NCBI GenBank assembly: GCA_030950585.1 | Contig: JAUZRG010000051.1 | Span: 607-64,606, forward strand | Origin: Mariprofundaceae bacterium | GTDB lineage: Bacteria > Pseudomonadota > Zetaproteobacteria > Mariprofundales > Mariprofundaceae | DNA: 64,000 nt | Reading direction: 5' to 3' | Shown here: in pieces, positions 60,501-64,000 of the stretch | How the letters are laid out: each line of letters starts with the position of its first letter | Position numbering within the stretch: the first letter of the stretch is position 1 | Program-made: the position numbers and the translations under genes | The notes under the pieces: generated by a model | What the model saw: only the letters and a program-made list of their open reading frames with translations | What the model was told of the DNA's origin: nothing | The model's database searches: none

Positions 60501-61700
60501 ACGGCCGGGATCAAAGAACATAGACTCAAAAAGGTTCTTTGCAGTTTCAACGGCTGGTGGCTCACCAGGACGCATCATGCGATAAATTTCAACTTGCGCT
60601 TCTTCTTTACTTTGGATGCTATCCAAACGAAGGGTATTCGATAACCAAGGGCCAGAAAGAAAACTATCAATAAACAAGCAGTCAAAAGTCTCAATGCCAG
60701 CTGTTTCTAGCGCATCTAAAGCTTCTTCTGTTATTTCTTCATTGAGTTCAAGCAGCTCTTCATCATTGCAAAACATCGGCTCAGAAATAGCTTCTCCGAT
60801 GACAGCTTCGCGTGGAATATCCAACCACTCTACACCAGACTTCACGATACGGCGAATAATCATTGGTGTATATTTTTTGCCTTCAGCAACCATCTTCTTG
60901 CCATCAATGACCACGTCATAGCTGGCTCTACTTTCTGCAAAAGTAGCTGCATCAAAACGAACTTGCATACCGTTTACACCAAAGCGATACGTACGCTTCT
61001 TATAAAAACGGTTTAAAATTTCTTGTTCTGTTAAGCCCATCGCTTTTAGTAAAACACCAACAAGCATTTTTCGACGTAAATCAATACGGAAAAACACTTT
61101 GTCTTTAGCATCAAACTCAAAGTCTAACCATGAACCACGGTAAGGAATAATACGTGCTTTAAATAGGAATTTACCTGAACTGTGTGACTTCCCACGATCA
61201 TGATCAAAAAAGACACCTGGAGAACGATGCATTTGAGAAACAATCACACGTTGGGTACCATTAATAACGAAAGAACCAAAGTCAGTCATCAAAGGTAATT
61301 CACCCATGTAGACGACTTGGTCACGAACTTCACGAACTTTACGTTTATCAGGGTTGCGTGAATTACTACCTTCTTCAAAAATCTTAAGGCGTAATTTCAC
61401 TTTAATCGGCACTGCGTAAGTCATATCTCGACGACGACACTCATCGAGGTCGTAACGAGGCGGGCTGTATTCTAAGGATACAAAGTTAAGCTCTGCACAA
61501 CCACCATAATCACGTATCGGAAATGATTTAGAAAAAACTTCTGATAAGCGTGAGTCATTAATCTGAGTAAGGCCAGAACCTATGCCTGTAAACTCATGAT
61601 ATGAGCTTGTTTGCAATTGAAGCATATTGGGCATGGAAGCAATTTTTTCATTACTGCCAAAATTTTTGCGATAGCGCTTCTGAGTTCCCTGAGTAGACAT
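57600..61700 (-). CDS. rpoB: DNA-directed RNA polymerase subunit beta
   Basis: 1366 aa with universal RpoB motifs such as [19 protein letters not shown] and NVGQ-type segments. Confidence 0.97.
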   Translation of the reverse strand: MSTQGTQKRYRKNFGSNEKIASMPNMLQLQTSSYHEFTGIGSGLTQINDSRLSEVFSKSFPIRDYGGCAELNFVSLEYSPPRYDLDECRRRDMTYAVPIKVKLRLKIFEEGSNSRNPDKRKVREVRDQVVYMGELPLMTDFGSFVINGTQRVIVSQMHRSPGVFFDHDRGKSHSSGKFLFKARIIPYRGSWLDFEFDAKDKVFFRIDLRRKMLVGVLLKAMGLTEQEILNRFYKKRTYRFGVNGMQVRFDAATFAESRASYDVVIDGKKMVAEGKKYTPMIIRRIVKSGVEWLDIPREAVIGEAISEPMFCNDEELLELNEEITEEALDALETAGIETFDCLFIDSFLSGPWLSNTLRLDSIQSKEEAQVEIYRMMRPGEPPAVETAKNLFESMFFDPGRYNLSRVGRMKLNSRLGISNDAVPLTHDTLRNEDILISLEKLLNLRDVIGEVDDIDHLGNRRVRSVGELLENQVRIGLIRMERAVRERLSNGDISEMMPSDIVNAKPLIASIKEFFGSSQLSQFMDQTNPLSEVTHKRRLSALGPGGLSRERAGFEVRDVHPTHYGRMCPIETPEGPNIGLINSLACYAKVNDFGFIETPYRKVVGGVVTSEVQYLSAIQEAEHIIAQANVGVAKDGKIISDTNQCRQNGEFLLVGPKEIDYMDVSPSQVISVSSGLIPFLEHDDANRALMGSNMMRQAVPLLRSEKPLVGTGMEAAVAHDSGVVIAAKRAGIIERVDSSRIVIRVDEDEQVQGTTGVDIYRLYKYLRSNQNTCFNQRPLVKVGEYVERGTIIADGPSTDMGELALGRNALVALMPWRGYNFEDAIIISEKVVRDDVYTSVHIEEFEAVARQTKLGDEEITRDIPNVSEEALSHLDLCGIVEIGSEVKAGDILVGKITPKGESQLSPEEKLLRAIFGEKATDVRDSSLRVKPSNEGVVIDVQVFTRRGDKKDTRAQQIEESAIEQLYRDKEEERRILEGNTQERLRKMFIGHTVAQAASLRPGDLITEDYISGLRMKELRRIEVEDADVHARIDDILESMEKERGDLEARFEEKVAKVREGSELSPGVIKIVKVFVAVKRKLQPGDKMAGRHGNKGVISVIVPEEDMPFTEAGTPVDIILNPLGVPSRMNIGQIFEIHSGFAAKGLGHRIEAMITQKATAAKIRKFLLEIYKGDDSSVAGVKGKTDKEIRELAGNLVGGVPIGSAAFNGVKEVQLREMLTMAGLPESGQVTLFDGKTGEAFDTPVTIGYMYILKLHHLVDEKIHARSTGPYSLVTQQPLGGKAQFGGQRFGEMEVWALEAYGAAYTLQEMLTVKSDDVVGRTRVYESIVSGDMTFQAGIPESFNVMTKEINALAIEIEPHRAAKEED

Positions 61701-61727
61701 GTATACCCCATTGTCATATGAATTACA

Positions 61728-61766
61728 GAAAAAAAGGAATCCTCGATAGCATGCTATCGAGGATTC
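61728..61766 (-). terminator. rplL-rpoB intergenic attenuator/terminator hairpin
   Basis: On the minus strand, GAATCCTCGATAGC-AT-GCTATCGAGGATTC is followed by CTTTTTTT. It lies between the rplL stop and the rpoB start, which is where a partial terminator is known in E. coli. Confidence 0.7.
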
Positions 61767-61798
61767 GTGTTGCTTAAAGTACTTTAGTTAGCAAGTAG

Positions 61799-62173
61799 TT
61801 ACTTGATTTCTACGCCAGCGCCTTGCTCTTCCAACTTAGCTTTTACTTCTTCAGCTTCATCTTTACTTACAGCTTCTTTAACTGCTTTAGGTGCGCCATC
61901 TACGACTGCTTTCGCTTCTTTTAGACCTAGGCCTGTGATTTCACGAACAGCTTTGATCACTTTGATTTTCTTGTCGCCTGCAGAAGTTAGAATTACGTCG
62001 AATTCTGTTTGTTCTGCTGCTGCTTCACCGCCGCCAGCTGCTGGTGCTGCCACTGCTACTGCTGCTGCTGCTGAAACGCCGAATTTTTCTTCCAATGCTG
62101 AAACTAGCTCTGAAAGTTCAAGAACTGTCATGCTTTCGATTGCGCTGATTAAGTCGTCTTTTGTTAATGCCAT
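61799..62173 (-). CDS. rplL: 50S ribosomal protein L7/L12
   Basis: 124 aa, [33 protein letters not shown]... with an Ala-rich hinge and AGGAGA upstream of the ATG at 62173. The ORF-track start at 62239 is an upstream extension. Confidence 0.95.
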   Translation of the reverse strand: MALTKDDLISAIESMTVLELSELVSALEEKFGVSAAAAVAVAAPAAGGGEAAAEQTEFDVILTSAGDKKIKVIKAVREITGLGLKEAKAVVDGAPKAVKEAVSKDEAEEVKAKLEEQGAGVEIK

Positions 62174-62216
62174 TGTAATGTCTCCTGACAAATGATTTTT
62201 AAAATAGGGATTTAAA

Positions 62217-62735
62217 TTAAACGGATTCTTTTTGATCACGAACAGCGGCTAGCGTACGTACAAATGAAGCTGGAACTTCAGCTAAAGTACGAACAAAACT
62301 GCTGATTGGTGATTGTAGACTGCCAAGAAGTTTAGAAAGTAGAACCTCTTTAGAAGGCAAGCTTGCAAGAGCAGTTACTTCTGCTGGAGCAATACAACGC
62401 CCATCAAGAACGCCACCAAGAACAATAAGTACTTCATTTTTCTTAGCGAAGTCAGAGACAGCTTTTGCCAAGGCTACTGGGTCATTGCCATAAGCAATGG
62501 CAGTAGGACCCGAAAACAAGTGACTTGCTACGGCAAAATCTGTTCCTTCGGCAGCACGACGTGCCAAGGTGTTTTTCACTACTAGCAAAGAACCACCCGT
62601 TTGACGTAAGTCACCACGAAGTTGATTCATCTGATCTACAGTAAGGCCACGATAATGTGTGACTACAGCAGCTTCAGAATTGGACCATGTTTCATGCAAT
62701 TCCTGCGTAAGTTGTTGTTTATCGTTACGATTCAC
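62217..62735 (-). CDS. rplJ: 50S ribosomal protein L10
   Basis: The GTG start at 62735 follows AGGAGG. (V)[39 protein letters not shown] matches L10 N-termini. The ORF-track extension to 62864 covers the leader. Confidence 0.9.
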   Translation of the reverse strand: MNRNDKQQLTQELHETWSNSEAAVVTHYRGLTVDQMNQLRGDLRQTGGSLLVVKNTLARRAAEGTDFAVASHLFSGPTAIAYGNDPVALAKAVSDFAKKNEVLIVLGGVLDGRCIAPAEVTALASLPSKEVLLSKLLGSLQSPISSFVRTLAEVPASFVRTLAAVRDQKESV

Positions 62736-62873
62736 ATCAACCTCCTTTAAAATTCGATCCGCGCACAAAAGCGACTTCCATCTATGTAGGACATTAAGCC
62801 TCACGACACCTACAGTCTTGGACGGATCGTTAGTACCCAGCGGTGATAACACCGCTGGAGTCAAGCCTATAAA
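62736..62873 (-). promoter_or_regulatory. Structured rplJ (L10) leader / rplA-rplJ intergenic region
   Basis: 138 nt containing a 9-bp hairpin (CCAGCGGTG-TTAT-CACCGCTGG), a possible long-range helix (CGATCCG ... CGGATCG) and an inner hairpin (TGTAGG ... CCTACA). The position matches the L10-L12 autoregulatory leader known in E. coli. Confidence 0.45.
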
Positions 62874-63560
62874 TTAGAGACTTGAAATATCAACACGAAC
62901 ACCAGCACCCATTGTACTTGAAAGCACAACAGATTGGACATAACGTCCTTTAGCACCAGGTGGTTTCATGCGGTTTAATTCATCAAGAAGAAAACATAAG
63001 TTTTCATCGAGTTTAGCTTCATCAAAAGAGCGTTTACCAACAGATGCATGGATAATACCATTCTTATCAACACGAACGGCAATTTGCCCTGCTTTAATCT
63101 CAGTGACAGCCTTGGTTACATCCATAGTCACTGTACCTAATTTAGGATTAGGCATTAAACCACGAGGGCCAAGAACACGGCCTAAACGACCGACTTGAGC
63201 CATCATATCAGGTGTTGCAACAACACGATCAAAATCCATGAAGCCATCTTGAACTTTCTTAACTAAGTCAGCATCACCCACGATATCAGCACCAGCTGCT
63301 TTAGCAGCTTCAGCTTTATCGCCTTTTGCAAAGACGGCAACACGAACTGATTTACCTGTACCATTTGGTAAGGAGATACTACCACGAACGATTTGGTCTG
63401 CATGACGTGGATCAACACCAAGCTTTACAGCAACATCAATAGATTCATCAAATTTAGTTTTAGGTTGCTTGTATAATGTTGAAACAACTGCGCTTAGAGC
63501 AACAGGTGCTGCTGGGACTACACTGCGAGCATCGCGCATGCGTTTAGAAATCTTTGCCAT
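62874..63560 (-). CDS. rplA: 50S ribosomal protein L1
   Basis: 228 aa, MAKISKRMR... with [20 protein letters not shown]. Confidence 0.95.
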   Translation of the reverse strand: MAKISKRMRDARSVVPAAPVALSAVVSTLYKQPKTKFDESIDVAVKLGVDPRHADQIVRGSISLPNGTGKSVRVAVFAKGDKAEAAKAAGADIVGDADLVKKVQDGFMDFDRVVATPDMMAQVGRLGRVLGPRGLMPNPKLGTVTMDVTKAVTEIKAGQIAVRVDKNGIIHASVGKRSFDEAKLDENLCFLLDELNRMKPPGAKGRYVQSVVLSSTMGAGVRVDISSL

Positions 63561-63569
63561 CTTTATCCC

Positions 63570-63998
63570 CTAACCTTCAACATTTAGACCCATAGAACGG
63601 GCTGTGCCTGCAATAATACGAGCTGCTGCTTCAATATCGTAGCTGTTTAAGTCAGCCATTTTTACTTCAGCGATCTCACGCAATTGAGCTTGAGTTACTG
63701 TACCAACTTTTGCTTTGTTAGGCTCAGAACTACCTTTTGTGATACCAGCTGCTTTTTTCAAAAGAATTGAGGCTGGTGGTGTCTTGATGATAAAATCAAA
63801 AGATTTATCTTTATAGACAGAAATCACAACTGGTAAAGGCATACCAACTTCGTGACCTTGGGTCTTGGCATTAAAATCTTTACAAAACTGCATGATATTA
63901 ACGCCAGCTTGACCTAATGCAGGTCCCACTGGTGGGGCTGGGTTTGCTTTACCTGCAGGAACCTGCAGTTTAATTAATTTTTCAGCTATCTTAGCCAT
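63570..63998 (-). CDS. rplK: 50S ribosomal protein L11
   Basis: 142 aa with [31 protein letters not shown]. Confidence 0.95.
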   Translation of the reverse strand: MAKIAEKLIKLQVPAGKANPAPPVGPALGQAGVNIMQFCKDFNAKTQGHEVGMPLPVVISVYKDKSFDFIIKTPPASILLKKAAGITKGSSEPNKAKVGTVTQAQLREIAEVKMADLNSYDIEAAARIIAGTARSMGLNVEG

Positions 63999-64000
63999 AT

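Noticed and set aside
61803-62195. A 130-aa plus-strand ORF, antisense to rplL, with a striking Ala/Ser-rich sequence
   Set aside because: It is the mirror image of the Ala/Glu/Lys-rich rplL coding sequence, because GCN and GAA codons read as AGC and TTC on the opposite strand. It has no RBS, and the rplL assignment is unambiguous.
1-64000. Looked for CRISPR arrays, tRNA/rRNA genes, IS elements, integrases, and toxin-antitoxin or known phage-defence gene pairs
   Set aside because: I could find no spaced direct-repeat array, no cloverleaf-type sequence in the intergenic regions, and no ORF with transposase, integrase or recognisable defence motifs. Sensitive tools (tRNAscan, Infernal, DefenseFinder) were not available, so absence is not proven.

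Overview
This AT-rich window looks like a chromosomal segment of a proteobacterium and is densely packed with genes. About 80% is recognisable core metabolism and translation.

Main blocks, in order:
- tyrS (truncated at the window edge), then an rnfABCDG electron-transport cluster with no rnfE.
- apbC/mrp, a GAF/HD-GYP phosphodiesterase, phosphoribulokinase, and a class III cyclase operon.
- lipB, murJ, rpsU, yqeY, fabI-aroC, rsmE, def-fmt, tsaD, nth, slyD.
- A folD-gcvT-gcvH-gcvPA-gcvPB operon, then lgt, sppA, rpmE-rplU-rpmA and gltX.
- The rplKAJL-rpoBC cluster at the right end.

I recognised no rRNA, tRNA, CRISPR array, transposase or integrase.

The least ordinary part is a roughly 12.5 kb array of genes on the same strand between gltX and rpoC (40961..53426). 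It holds a CHASE2 adenylate/guanylate cyclase and a 1496-aa Cache-HAMP-GAF hybrid histidine kinase with three receiver domains. These are followed by a CheR methyltransferase, a CheB methylesterase that lacks a receiver domain, and a REC-PAS-PAS-HK-REC hybrid kinase. The array ends with a secreted YD/RHS-repeat gene split by an A10 homopolymer. There is no MCP, CheA or CheW here, so this looks like a poorly characterised kinase module regulated by methylation.

Other points worth checking:
- An acylphosphatase gene with two frameshifts.
- Two well-supported small ORFs, one of them below the ORF-track cutoff.
- An orphan PilP-like protein.
- An 861-aa unknown protein that is translationally coupled where rnfE would normally sit.
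- An unusually high number of cyclic-nucleotide signalling genes.

All calls rest on reading the sequence and recognising motifs. No database search was run.
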